From Perkinsus olseni (taxonomy: Eukaryota), in assembly GCA_013115125.1 (NCBI GenBank), contig JABANN010000305.1:1-40861 (forward strand): a DNA stretch of 40,861 nt, given 5' to 3'. How positions within the stretch are numbered: position 1 is the stretch's first letter; the number at the start of each line of letters is the position of its first letter. The notes under the pieces are model-generated. The model saw nothing but the letters and a program-made list of their open reading frames with translations, had not been told where the DNA came from and ran no database searches. The translations under genes were made by a program, and so were the position numbers. Positions 10,601 to 22,581 of this stretch are shown here, piece after piece.

Positions 10601-13600
10601 CATCCGCGCGCTGCCGCTTCGTGGCCAACTTATGGAGGCCCGTCAAAACTCGTCCTCCGTCGGCGACATCAGAGTCCGCAATCTCAGAGTCCCGATAGGC
10701 CGCCCTGATTGCCTGTCCAATCTCTCGCACAACCCCTAGGGCTGCAGGCGAGATCTTCACGAGGACCTTATCCTGTACACTTGCATCGATCGCTACCAGC
10801 TTGGAGAAGTCCTCTTCGTCACCTACCTTCTCCCATGACAGAGGTAGCGAAATCGACAGCGTCGCCGAGCCAGCAGGCAAGATGACTTCTTCCGTCAAAG
10901 ACGGCTCAGCATCTGTCTCTTGCTCGCTGCCGATCAGCAGGTCCTCCTCACTCTGCTGCCCGTCGCTTCTCACCGGAGATATCGGTGGCGGCAGACAGAA
11001 GGCCGACACATGAACATCCTTCACAGAAGTGTCTATGCGCACTGTGGAGGTATCTTCCAGCTTGGAGTCTAGCGTGACCACGCCCAAGTTGACAAGCATA
11101 TGGTCGCCATACTCGTAGGATTCCCCAGAGGAGCTCTGCTCCTGCGCATCGAGGTCCATCAAGTCCACAGCATCAGTACCCGAGCCACCGTGTGGATCTC
11201 CGTTCTTCGTTTCTGACACCGCTAGCTCCAGTACCGGGGCCGCTGCCCGTACAGCAATCAAACAGGGCAGCCTCGCCACCTCAGTCGACTCCGCTATGGC
11301 CGCGCCCAAGTCATCGATCTGGTTGATGAGATGCTCCACAGGAGGGGCCTTATCAGCCTTCGTCGCCTCCCTGTACACCCCAGCCAGCTTCTTCACAGCC
11401 TTCACGTCGACTAACAGAGGTCTGATGCGCAGCTGCTGAGCTTGGGCTATCACAGCCGACTGGTACGGCCATGGCGTAGGGTAGAGTCCCCACAGCACTG
11501 ACACGAATGGGGCTGCTTCCTTTGTAGAGGCCTAAAGCAGCGGATTGACGGTTGCCGGGGGCGGGTTCCATGTTCGACTCACTGGTTGCATGGAAGGAGC
11601 TAGGATCTCCTTCTCCGACACTTCCAAGGAGATGGATCGTACGGTCAGCTCTCCAGAGGCGGCCAGCTTCTTGTGGAAGCCTCGCAAGACCGCAACCGAG
11701 CCTGAAGAAAGCGTCCTTGTTGACGGTACTAAGACTTGCACTGACCTCTCATATCTGCTATCCGGCCCACCACGATAGCCTTCGTCCTGTCCTTAGTGTT
11801 CTCAGAATCGAACAGAGACAAACACGAACCTCTGCTGCCTGAGAGAAGCAATCACCCTCTTTTATCCAACACCAGTCCAACCAACCTACCAACGCTGACC
11901 TCCACCAAGCTCTCCTCCCCCTCCATCTTCGGTATCTCCAGCTTGCCTCCGTTCCTCCTAGCAAACTCCAGCAGTCCCAGCTTAACCCTCTCCATCTCGA
12001 CCTCAGGGGCCGGGGCTCCAACCTCCCCTCCGTCAGAGAACAGAGCGTCCGAAGCTTCCATCACAGTCTTCGTGGTCTCTCTAGCATCATCAGGACTCAC
12101 GCCTTCTACTTCGGCAGAGAGCTCCCTCGAGACCTCCGCAACGGTCCTCAAGAAGCCAGGAGTGATATCGGATAACAAGTAGCCACTCTGAATCTCCAGC
12201 CTTCTTCCCCCGTACTGCAGCTCGATGGCCGAGGAGCCCTCCCCTTGCAGTCTTATACAGCCACCGAAGGCCTCATCATCGGTACCATCAGCATGAACCA
12301 GGAAGGCCGCACAAGCTCCCTTCCACTCCGAATCAGCTAGCGTCAACGAGACCTTGTTAACTTCAATCACCAGACCATCAGCCTGTCCGTCAGCACAAAC
12401 CTCGAGGCGGGCTGTGTCGAGGGCCAAGTCGAGGCCGAAGTCGGGCATACTCGGCATAGCGGCGGTGGAGGGCGGCTGCAGCTGCCGTGCCTTCTGCACT
12501 GCTTCTCGTATGCCTAACGAATACAACAATTACAGAGTCATATGATGTAGAACACGCGACGAATGGAGCTCAGGAAGGCCGAGCTGTAACAGCGAGAAGT
12601 GGACTTCTAGTTGAGCCGTGCTGGGCGTCCCTCCCCCCCCCAGACTACCTTTCCTCATGTCCTTCATCGACCCCACTATCTCCTTCACAAGGCCTTTCAC
12701 AGTAGCAAGCGTGCCATTGACAAACCTCAAACACGCAGGAGTCAGCCGCAGACACAATGCTGATGCCACCTCCACTTTAACATGCAGCGGATGCCTCTGC
12801 ACTACTACATGGACCTCGCTTGGATCCAGGAACTGAGTACAGCCAAAGCCGCCCGCAATGACGACCGAGTTGTCACTAGTGCTAAGACGGTACTCCTCGC
12901 CGTCCTCGCTAGTGACCTGCACTCTGCCCAGGATACACGTGAGCTCATCCGACTCCTCCGCTGGCTTGATGTGGACTATCGGGGCCATCACATCCACCTT
13001 CAGATTCACCAACCGCGTGGCTGTCCGTTGTGATGCTGATTGCAGAAGGTCAGTGAGGTCCGTCATGTCTAGCTGGGAGGCTCTCTCCTGAATCTCCGTG
13101 ATAGCCGATATCCTGGCCTCCTTGTACTCAGTAGCAAACTGTGCTGCCGATGTAGCGAACTTCCTTAACGTCTCCGGCTCGATCCAGGCAACAAGAGCAT
13201 CAGAAGTGACAGACACAGTGGCCTCGTAAGGGTCCAGGATCCCCTTACCGCTAGACTTGGACCGCGTGAAGCTAATCTCCACTGACGGGCCATCAGGCCT
13301 CGAGTCAAAGCTCAGGAGATGCTTCCCAAAGCCCTCTACTTGTATATCATCCACGCCACCGTCCACAGCAAACTCCTGCGGGGAAGACAGGTTGGGTACT
13401 ACCACATTGAAGAACAGCCTGCCCAGTCCGAAGTTCAACGCTGGTGGTGTGTCGTCATCCCGTTCGTGCTGGAGGCAATCTACCGTGACGTTGCTGAGCT
13501 CGAAGCTCCAAGTTACGCTCCGCTGCATCTTCCGGCCGGTGTCCAACCCCTTGGCAGCATTACCAACGACCTTATCGACCTCGTCCTTGCCCGCCCAAGA

Positions 13601-14735
13601 TGCAAACCATGAAGTGACCTGAGCCTTCTCCTTCTCAGCGTCCTCCTTCAGTCTCAAACCTCTCTCGTAGCGCCATCTCGCCAGGTCTATCGCGGGCACC
13701 AATGCCTCAATATTATCAATACGCTCCGACTCCTTCGAGGCGTTGACGAGTAGTGCTTGATACTCCGCCTTGAGGACGTCCTTGTCCCCCTCCTTTACGT
13801 CTGACGACAGAGCCTGTCGGACTAACTTCCCTTCCGCATGCAACGTCCTGTTCACTTTGAGGAGCACATTCGCCCGTTCCCTGTCCATCGTGACCCTCCC
13901 TCCATTAACACTAAGAGAGCAGTGCATAGCTCTGTTCTGCTGTGTGCTGCTGATCAATAGGGTAGCATCCAAAGGCTCGGCTTGCAAAGGCATCTTGGGG
14001 GACTCTCCAACGTCAATACTGAGCTTACTAAGCTCGCATCGCTTGTACCACTCCCCTGCTACGGCCGTCTTCTCGCCCACCTTCCAATCCTTGTTGCATG
14101 ACAGTACCGACGCTTCGCCGAGGGATACGGTTATCACGGAGTCGTTAACACGGAAGGAGACACAAACGTCCTTAATTGATATCTGAAAGATCCTCGAGAT
14201 TCTTCGACACGTAGAGGACTAGCGTGGGCACTACCTGTATGCTATTGATCATAGCCGTGAGTAGTGTCCCCGTGAAGCTGCCGACCTCCTCCGAGTCCAG
14301 CTGTCTCTTCAGCTCCATCGCCCGGACAAGATTCTCTATAAGCTCCCTTTTATCCTGTAGAAGTGCCGCTCTCAGCGCCTCCAGACTGCCGCCGGCCTTC
14401 TCCAGCCTCTCAGCGAACCCCAAGGAGCTGAGCTCGATCCTGACCTTCTCAACCTCTACTGTGGTGTTAGCAGACAGCAGAGTACTCCACGGTACTCTTA
14501 TACGTATCCGACCAACGCTACCCTCGGTAAGGTTAGCCGACCGCAAGTATTTACTAAGCGCTGCCGCGTTCAACCTAGCATTGGCAATGGTCATCTCGCC
14601 CTTCCAAAGATCGTGTTCTATCTTGGCCTGACCATCCTGCAGGCCATCGATGTACCGTGACAGCCACCCTACGATGAAATTCTGTAGGGACGACCGACGT
14701 ACAGGCACCACCTTTCCGCCACCATTAGTTGACAT
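4652..14735 (-). CDS. VPS13: VPS13-family bridge-like lipid transfer protein, multi-exon
   Basis: Chorein_N-like start (LQNFIVGWLSRYIDG...DLWKGEMTIANARLN...LTEGSVGRIRIRVPWSTL...TTVEVEKV; TGTLLTAMINSIQISIKDV after intron 14183-14234). Also LKVDVMAPIVHI, NYKMGEWEPLLLP, VAB-like repeats (LVFSGPVRIAN, LLPIALVTNECPMHV) and a VPS13_C-like region (LQRLTISQISLRLWCSF...LTLGDTLDLKGSELVL...LSKILSDEYKKVIVANISQVVGSSSMLNVIG). The junctions I traced between the long minus-strand ORFs are in-phase GT-AG introns. Stop TAA at 4652-4654. Confidence 0.85.
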
Positions 14736-15419
14736 CAATAAAAAATACAACGACAATCAACTGAGAAAGCCAATCTCGCCTCTCCTAGAATCCGCAACAA
14801 CTCCACGGCACTTCTCAAGACAGGCAATCTCTCAACCACCGGCCGTCACCGATCGAAATTTCGGGGCCCGCTCTCATGTGGCTGATCCCGGGTAGACACC
14901 CGCCGCAGCGTCATCCGCATGACCTACGAGCGCTCAAATAATGCTGCCCGGCCTCACAAAGTCCTAAACTGCTTCAGTCGCGGAGATTCGACCGTTAATA
15001 ATAAGGACAATCTAGCCGTACCAACCTTTATATAAGCACTGTACAACGCAATAGAGGGGGTACGCTGGACGACAACATTAGGAGTAAATGGTCATGTGAA
15101 CGCGGGCCCTCACCGAGCGTTCTTTCCGCGACCCGTAGCGTAGCGAAGAGAACGATCCCATGCAGGCCAAGCATCGAGCTCCCCTATCCGGCTCATATTC
15201 TTGCGAGGTGGCGGTACTACACCTCGGAGTTGCTCTACCTCCGACTGGCGCAAGTGCTGAGCAGGGAGTCACGTTCACTGAAGCGACTCAGATGGAGCGT
15301 ACATTCAACAGGTTGGGAAGACTGCCTTCTCTAGCCTCCCTCCGCACGCGGGAACGTCGCTTCCGAGCCTGGTCGTACGCGTAAGGATTGCTAGGTGCCA
15401 ATGACTTGCCGTCCGTGCC

Positions 15420-15798
15420 TTATAAGACGCCAACATTCCATGCTACAAGTAGAGGGTCATTACGAGCGTTAGACGTGTCCACCAATACGGCTCGCCCATC
15501 GTCGGAAATTCTGAAACAGCTAACGCTGAGCGACTTCGGCTCCTGAGCTTTGAACGTGCAATCGAAGCCTTTGCCGCCGTTAGCGAACCTGCAGGGGGGG
15601 GGGGGTAGTTTCGCTATTACCAACGAGGAGATGCGTCAAAAGAAGCCACGGTCGCGGCTCCATGTCCTCTACTACCACTCTCCCCCCTTCATCGAGGGAT
15701 TCACCCGAGGCTCGCTGAACTGCCTCTTCAGGTCCTTTGCAATGACCTCGGCGAAGATGATCCCACCAAGGTTGGACAATACATTTACATTAGACATG
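15420..15798 (-). CDS. Possible small hypothetical gene or gene fragment (at least 2 exons)
   Basis: MSNVNVLSNLGGIIFAEVIAKDLKRQFSEPRVNPSMKGGEW splices via GTAGTA...CCCTGCAG to FANGGKGFDCTFKAQEPKSLSVSCFRISDDG. No recognised domain. It may be the 3' part of the upstream hypothetical gene. Confidence 0.3.
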
Positions 15799-15929
15799 GA
15801 TACAAAAAAATAAGGGGAAAGAGAACACTACTAGTGTTACACTAGCACCACAGCAGGAGAATCCACTCCTCTGAGTGGGGAACCCGAGCCGCCTAGCGTC
15901 GATAAATGAGGAGGGCACTGATGACCAAC

Positions 15930-18350
15930 TCATGCAGCAGTATATGTCTCCTCCCGGAAGTGGCTCTCAGCGGCCTTTGCCAATACGCGGCATGAGGCAA
16001 CAAGGGAACTGGCACGACAACACCAAGCGATGATGAGACTGATTGAAGCCCTTTCCCACACTACCAAGAATTCCCATGTGAAGCTGTTTCCGTTGATCAC
16101 AGCAGCTTCTCCTGCTGGAAATGCTGCATCCTCACCCTCCCGATCGACCTCTGGGCATTCATCGTGTGCACTACTATCACGTTGAAGGCCCTTCGCCTGA
16201 TGGTAGGGAGTGATCAATCGCTTCGGCGAGTCCTCATAAGTCGCACCAGCCATGTTCCAGAACACGGGAAGGTCTACCGGCCGAAAAGGCCCATCTGACA
16301 AAGATCTCCGTCGCAAAGTGGGCCCAAAAAAGCCTATAAATCTCCTCACTACAGCAATCATTGCTGTATTTGCCTCACTTTCTAGCGTCCTCCTAGCTAG
16401 CTTGCCCTTCTGTGCTTGAAATCGTCGAGAACTCTCCCGGCATACCGCCTGGGCTTCCTTCCGTGGAGGGTCGTAGTCGTACACTGCATCAGTAGCAGCC
16501 TGAATGGGTGAGAGTACGAGGATGGGATATTATGATATTAGACCGACCGTCCGAGGATGGTTCTCGTACACAGTGCCCTCCTCAGTATCGAAGGACGATG
16601 AGAGCACGATTACCGATAGGAGAAAGGATGGCTGAGCAAAGTCCACAGCATCGCCCAGCAAAGTCCACGCCGAGGGGCGTCTCATTAACTAACGTAGTTT
16701 ACCAAACAGACTGCCGATGAGTTGCGCGATGTGCTTGAGGAGACGCAAGATTCCGATAGAACTCAAGATTCGACTCACGTGGATTAGAGAATCGACTCGG
16801 CGTCGAACGAGGGACTAGTAAGAGTGAGGACACTGATCGGCATTTCGTTAACGTGGGGGCGTGCGTACAGCATGGGCGGCAGCCCGTAAGCCGGGTAATA
16901 AGGTTTGAATTGAATTGCTCACTGTATCGCTCCGAGCAGCAGCGGGTAATTCCCAAAATCCAAGGAGGCACTTTCGGGGATCGTGTTGCCCACGGTAATA
17001 GTTCCGGGATCGGGTTGCCCTGTCGGGTTTCGGGAGGGGTTTCTGGTTTCCCGTTCCTACCTTCACCCGCAGTTCAGGGTTTTTTTCTGTTGATTTTGCC
17101 TCCCTGCCGCACGCGCTTCCTTGGATTTTGTACTTCACCCGAACAGCTACTCTTAGTGGCTGTCGCCATTGAGAAAGGATTCCAGTTCGATGTGTTAACC
17201 CTCTCCTCTACTTCTCCATGTCATTCCAACCCCGGTGCAAGAGCTTAGGGAACCTTTTGAGTGACTGTTCTTCTAGTCCCAACCTCTCCGAAATACGGTA
17301 ATACCCAAGGGCACACAAAGGCGTCGTCGACTTGACCGACGCTTGTGCGATAGGACGCTGTACAGTAAGGAACAGCAGGGGCTGCTGCAGCAGAAGGCAG
17401 CATCGGCCGACTTCAACCGAATCATCAGACGCCACTGTGCCGTCTCTGACCGCAACCAGAAGGTTATGATAGTAGGTGGTATTGAACGCTCGACACTTCT
17501 TATCTCGGCTGCCGTGTAGGTAGCTGTGACCATGAGCATGCAGCCAGGAAGTGTGGACTATCGAGAAACACCAGTGGATGAGTTGCAGGTGCCACGAATT
17601 CACCGAGTTCACGTTCTCTTGGTGCTCACTCGGTCAACCTCGTCTCCTCCAGCATACCCGGTTGCCGTCAATCGTGAGATCTATTCGAGGATTCCTCCTA
17701 GATAGCATAGACCATGGAGTTCAACGTATCGTACTACGTACGATGCTCCTGGCAGATCTTGAACTGTTGTCAGTGGAAGCTTTCCACTGGCGGACTTTGC
17801 TAACCTGTGGTGGTTCCATCAGGTGCCGGAGTATCAGCATGAGATATCGAGGATCGCTAAAGTCCAAACTGACTTGACCGCGATACGTCGTAGAATAGCC
17901 CAGTAGGTCCTCATGTTTGCCCCGAACGAGAGCTTGTGGACCAGCCGTTATTACCTTCGATACCGTTTCACTCAGACTAACTGCGGATGAGAAAAGCCGG
18001 TATGAGCCTCTCCTAGACCAGAATCCAAAGACGAGAAAGTGAGTTACTTCTTCCGCTCCACTCGATAAGATGACCACTGTCCCGGACAGATGACCACTGC
18101 ATCAACAGTCGCGTCGACAGTGACCGCATGTATCCTGCCCCCGCCGTACTCCGTGAGCTCACCGTCATGGATTCCCGTCTCAGACGCTCGCTGAGTGTAT
18201 CTAGCCTCCCCGGTCCCGGCGTCAGCTCCTTCGACACCTGGTTTGGAAACTACGGGAGGTACACCCAATTTCACTTAGTGATTGTCCCTCTCTATTACTG
18301 CGCGTCTCTCCAGGCCCAAGCGCAAGTCCAACGTCCACGAAAAATATCTC
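15930..18350 (-). CDS. Hypothetical multi-exon gene or genes; boundaries unresolved
   Basis: A series of open exon-like segments flanked by GT/AG sites, e.g. FPNQVSKELTPGPGRLDTLSERLRRESMT, SLSETVSKVITAGPQALVRGKHEDLLGYSTTYRGQVSLDFSDPRYLMLILRHLMEPPQ, HTSWLHAHGHSYLHGSRDKKCRAFNTTYYHNLLVAVRDG and RPIAQASVKSTTPLCALGYYRISERLGLEEQSLKRFPKLLHRGWND. No family recognised and the full model was not closed. Confidence 0.35.
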
Positions 18351-18866
18351 AGCTACGTGCCGCCCAAGGCTAATACGATAGTGCGAGGTAGATCTTGCTG
18401 TTGGTCACTGTCCCACATGTTCCTCGCAGGAGCTAGTACTCGAAACGGGAGTCTGGTGTTTGATACCACTCGGAGTTCAGCGTTGCCCCTCAGGAAGGGC
18501 CTCTTAATCGCATGAGGACTTCAGTCCGCCCCTCTTGCCATCATTACTCTGGTGTCCACTATGAGCACAGTTATGTCGCGTTCCTGTCCCCAAATCATGA
18601 CCTCCACCTACTCGAAGGCTGAGACAACTTCGGCTTAGTCACGCGCAAATATTCTCTGATAATCTTAGTGGTCCGCATTAGCTTTAGTCACCCCGGATCA
18701 CTTAGTGATGAGGGAACTAGGAAAGCGTTTTGCGATATGCTCGCCTTTATTGTCTCGTACCCGAACAGTGATACAGTGTGTAGCGTTGTCGTTGGCACTT
18801 GCCTGGAAGGGTATCTCTCCGCCATTCGCCTGCCTCACATTCGTTAACGCACAGCCGTAGTCAGGA

Positions 18867-21756
18867 ATGACCGGCCCATCACGTCCTACGTCTCTGGCTT
18901 CAAAAGGCAAGGGTTCGCGAGGCAGCAATGGGCGCTCACAATCATCCGCCTCCTCAGCTAGGGGTGTTCGGAGGGGTGGCTTGGCTACACAGAACCCCAG
19001 TCTGAAGCGGTACTTCATCATGGACCAACGCTGTATCATCAGGGCTGATCAGATTGGCATTGGCAGGGTCCTTGACCAGACGCTCCAATTCTCCCTTCTC
19101 CCATGCAAGACCGTATTCGACTCGGTCGAGCAGGAGCGCGCGTACGGACTGCATTGATGAGGGTCATACATCAGACGATCACCTTACAGGGACGTGCCCC
19201 TCTCCTCGCCATCCGTCCACTGATGCTGAGCTTGAGATGCGGTCCCGCATAGAAAGCCTTGAGGAGGAGCTGGCCGCGATCCGAGGCAGTAGGCGACGAC
19301 AGAGGCCGACTTCGCTGACTAGACAGTCCTTCCCACAGGCGTACCAGCCCCATCACGGATCGGCCCAGCTCCAGGCAGGTGGGGCTGCTACGAGAATTCC
19401 GAGTCACCGCTCCATTCACTGCCATTCAGCTCGCGGGTAAAAGCGGACGCAAGTCCCCGAACGCCATTGTGGTCGAGCGAAGAAGTGACAGTGTTGAGAG
19501 AAGTACAAGCAGCGGTCACTGAGGCTGTCGTATCAGCCGCCCTTGCCCGTCATAGAAGTTAGAGGAGTCCGAGGCCCGTCGGCGAGAGCTTCATGCTGAG
19601 ATAACGGAAATCGCCAAGTCCTCATTTGGACAACAGGCAGGAGACTGTGCTCCTCCGGCCCTCAGTGCTGCCTCACTCATATCAGGGAGAGTCCCGCGCG
19701 GCCCTCCAGAGGCGCGTAGCTGAGCTGGAGGAGGAGCTAGAGAGGACTAGAGAGGAGCTTGGCTCCGAGAAGCAGCGGGCTGACAAAATGATGGCTGAGC
19801 TGCAGCAGAGGGGTCGGGGGGCACAAGAGTCGGAGCAACGCGTGGGCTAGCCCGCAACCCCTGTTGTCGAGGCGACAAAGGCCCTGTAGGTTCTGTTGTT
19901 GACAGAGGAGAACAATAGAATGCGGTCTGAAGCGGACACCTACAGTGCTCAAGCCATGGCGCTGGAGTCTCGGTGATGATGACCGTTCCAGCGGTGATGT
20001 ACAGTGATGTCACACCGATAGGCTGAGCTTCCTTATGCCCAGTCTGACGGACGACGACAAGCAGCAGCTCAGGCAGGTCATATCCGGGCTCATCAACAAC
20101 AGGTGGGACGCCCCAGATTGTTGCGTGCGGGAGGTGTCCATCCATAAGGCCTGCAGCCTTCGCTACTATCGGTTCCGAGATACCTATGTCAAGCACGGCC
20201 GGGGAAGAAGGTGACGTCCTTCGGAGAGGTCCTCGGTGCAGGGTCGCTGCTGCAGGGACTGCTGGTGGACTCACAGTGAACTCCCTCTCTCGTATGGTGG
20301 ACACTCTCCGTAGTGAGAAGTCTGATTTAGTTGATGAGATACAGAGCCTTCGGAAGATGCTACAGATAGAGGCTGGTGAGGGAGTGGTAGTGGACTCAGG
20401 CCGGTGAGGTCGACGCTTGCTGTAGGCATGTCAGAAGATATGCGCAAGCTGATGGAAGCGAACTCAGCCGAATCTCGGCGGAGGGTGGCTGAGCTCATCA
20501 AGGTAAGCGTCCGGTTGAGCAAGTGCCATTCGATCTGCCCTCGCGGTCAGGAGCGTGACAAGTGGCAGCGCCTCGCCGCCAATCGAGACCTCCAGACGAA
20601 GCAGCTTCAGAAGAAGCTAGTAGAGTCTCGAAAGTAGTGCCAAGCAGCTTGCTGTTCGAGGACCAATAACGCCCCTGCAGGAGCCACATCCCGGCCTCCA
20701 TCAGCGAGGGCCGCCGCACTGCTGTTAGTGCTGGCAGCGACGGTGGCTTCTCCGACCTCAGTGGGATACCGGACCTCAGCCTCAACAGCCTCGACGTTAT
20801 CCTTAGCAAGGGTACTCTAGATGAAGCAATGATTCATAGCATGGGTGAGAGCGCATCGACCTCCGCCGTACAGCTTCGCTGTGCAAGGGTTTCCGATTGG
20901 GCAAGGACACTCGGAGACGTTGATGTCGGTTGTTCTCGTGAGCTTCTACGACTTCGACCTTTGCGTGTCCGATGCAGCGGCTGGGCTGAACCCCAAGTAA
21001 AGAGCACGGTGGTCGCCGGGGATCTTGCTGTCGTTATTATTATCAGCTATCGTACCACACTGTCATTTCCTGGCCTTGACATGATCAACGATAACAACTT
21101 ATGGCGTGTGCTGGAAACACAAGGTATGAGTAGTATCACGCCTAGAATGACAAAGGACGGTGGCGTCAGGCCTGAGGATGGAGCTGGAGGCCTTCCAGGT
21201 TGGGGCCACAGCCACAGCAGGAGGAGCTGTCATCGGCACTTCTCATGTCGGAGGACGGCGCTCAGTACTGCCGGCTGACTTCCTTCATCAGATAAGTCTG
21301 AGTGAAGTGTTACAGCGGAGCGAAGATCCCAACCCAACGATAACCGGGGAAGCTGTCTTCGCTGTTGCGGGCCCCTCCGGCGATGTCTCTGAGACCGTTG
21401 GAACTGTCAGGTCTCTCCCGGCAACCCCTCGCTGCGCTACCAACACTACATCAGGTACAAGATACGTTTCCGGCACCCCATTGTGGATCACTATGACCAG
21501 TGGAGACTTCGGAAAGCAACAGAAGATCTCGGTAGGCGACTCTGCAGGAATACTGTCGATCCCACCTTCGATATGTATATCAGTAGGTGATGGCACTGAG
21601 GCAGATCGGTCGTCGTGGACAAGTGCAGAGTTGCGGGCAAATGCCGAAGACCGACAGACCAGACCAGCGGTCCAGGAGTTGACCAGCTCCTGTTCTCCGC
21701 GTTCGAGTATTAAAACAACGCCATTACCGCCTCTCTCTTCCATAGTGCCTTCTTAG
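18867..21756 (+). CDS. RPGRIP1L: RPGRIP1L/RPGRIP1 (MKS5/NPHP8/Fantom)-like ciliary transition-zone protein: coiled coil plus one C2 domain, multi-exon
   Basis: The spliced model gives long coiled coils, including DLVDEIQSLRKMLQIE...ERDKWQRLAANRDLQTKQLQKKL. These are followed by NSLDVILSKGTL...VVLVSFYDFDLCVSDAAAGLNPNYRTTLSF...LRMELEAFQ...IGTSHISLSEVL...VGTVRYKIRFRHPI, which parallels the first RPGRIP1L C2 domain (from memory: FYDFELQTTPVVRGLHPEY...FGTVEYWFRLRVPM). Confidence 0.78.
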
Positions 21757-22581
21757 CTGTTCATCAGAGCATGCGGCAAGATTGATGTTATTTCTCGTTC
21801 CATCCAGAGACGTCCTTGTGTTTCCACTACACAATGACTCGGATAATGATAAGACGATGAGATGAAGGTATGATGTTGAAGTGCCATCCTCTCCTTCCCA
21901 TCTCCTCGAACAGCAAGCCCTCCTAACGAAGGCAGGATACCGCTCAGGGACTGCACATTCACCGTGTCTTGCCAATTGTAGTCAATGAGGCTGCATAATA
22001 CTTCACGCAGTATGACATCCGCGCCACCGGTACTACCATACAGTAGAGGTGAGGTTATTTTCAGCTACTTTCTAGTACCAAATTATCTCTTCTGCCCGTG
22101 TTGATCGTGCTGCTATTACAGCTTTGTACAGCAGCGCTATACCGTCCTCCCCACAAAACATCCACTGACAACGCAAAGGCTTAAACGACATCAGCGCGAA
22201 GCGACAGTCTCGAAAAGTCCTTGACATTACTAGCCATTGCTGCTTTCGGCAGTCACACTCGTCGCAAAAAATAATGACAATTGTGCGGCGGTAGAGGAGA
22301 GGTTGACGCCCCTTTCGCTGATGCCGCTCCCTCGAGCGATCATCATCATCCTCATTACAGGGCTCAACTACAGATCATCATTGCAACAGGAGAGAGTACA
22401 AAAGAGTTCAGTAGTAAGTAGTAGAGGTAGTAGTAGCAATAGTGATTGCAGACCAGCTTGCATGTTGGGAGTGATGGAGCTCCAAACAACATGGCTACTG
22501 GTAGTAGCAGTACTGTGGAAGATGGTTATACGACAAGTTAACATACTTCAGCCATCATCAAATTCTACAATCCGCAACCCA

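Noticed and set aside
9148..14631. Many + strand ORFs of 60-184 aa
   Set aside because: They are antisense shadows of the long VPS13 exons, with Ser/Thr/Arg-biased composition and no motifs.
4652..14735. Frame changes between VPS13 ORFs read as frameshifts, a pseudogene or separate genes
   Set aside because: Each junction I examined is explained by an in-phase GT-AG intron.
15930..16484. 184-aa ORF with VVRRFIGFFG, reminiscent of the retrotransposon RT thumb motif (VRxFLG)
   Set aside because: No YxDD, RNase H or integrase motifs and no LTRs. The segment contains internal splice signals, so it is more likely exons and introns of a host gene.
22405..22515. AGT/GTA-rich simple sequence and the 154-aa ORF 22237-22701
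   Set aside because: Low-complexity 3' UTR and antisense of the last MORN exon. It is not a regular repeat-spacer array, so not CRISPR.
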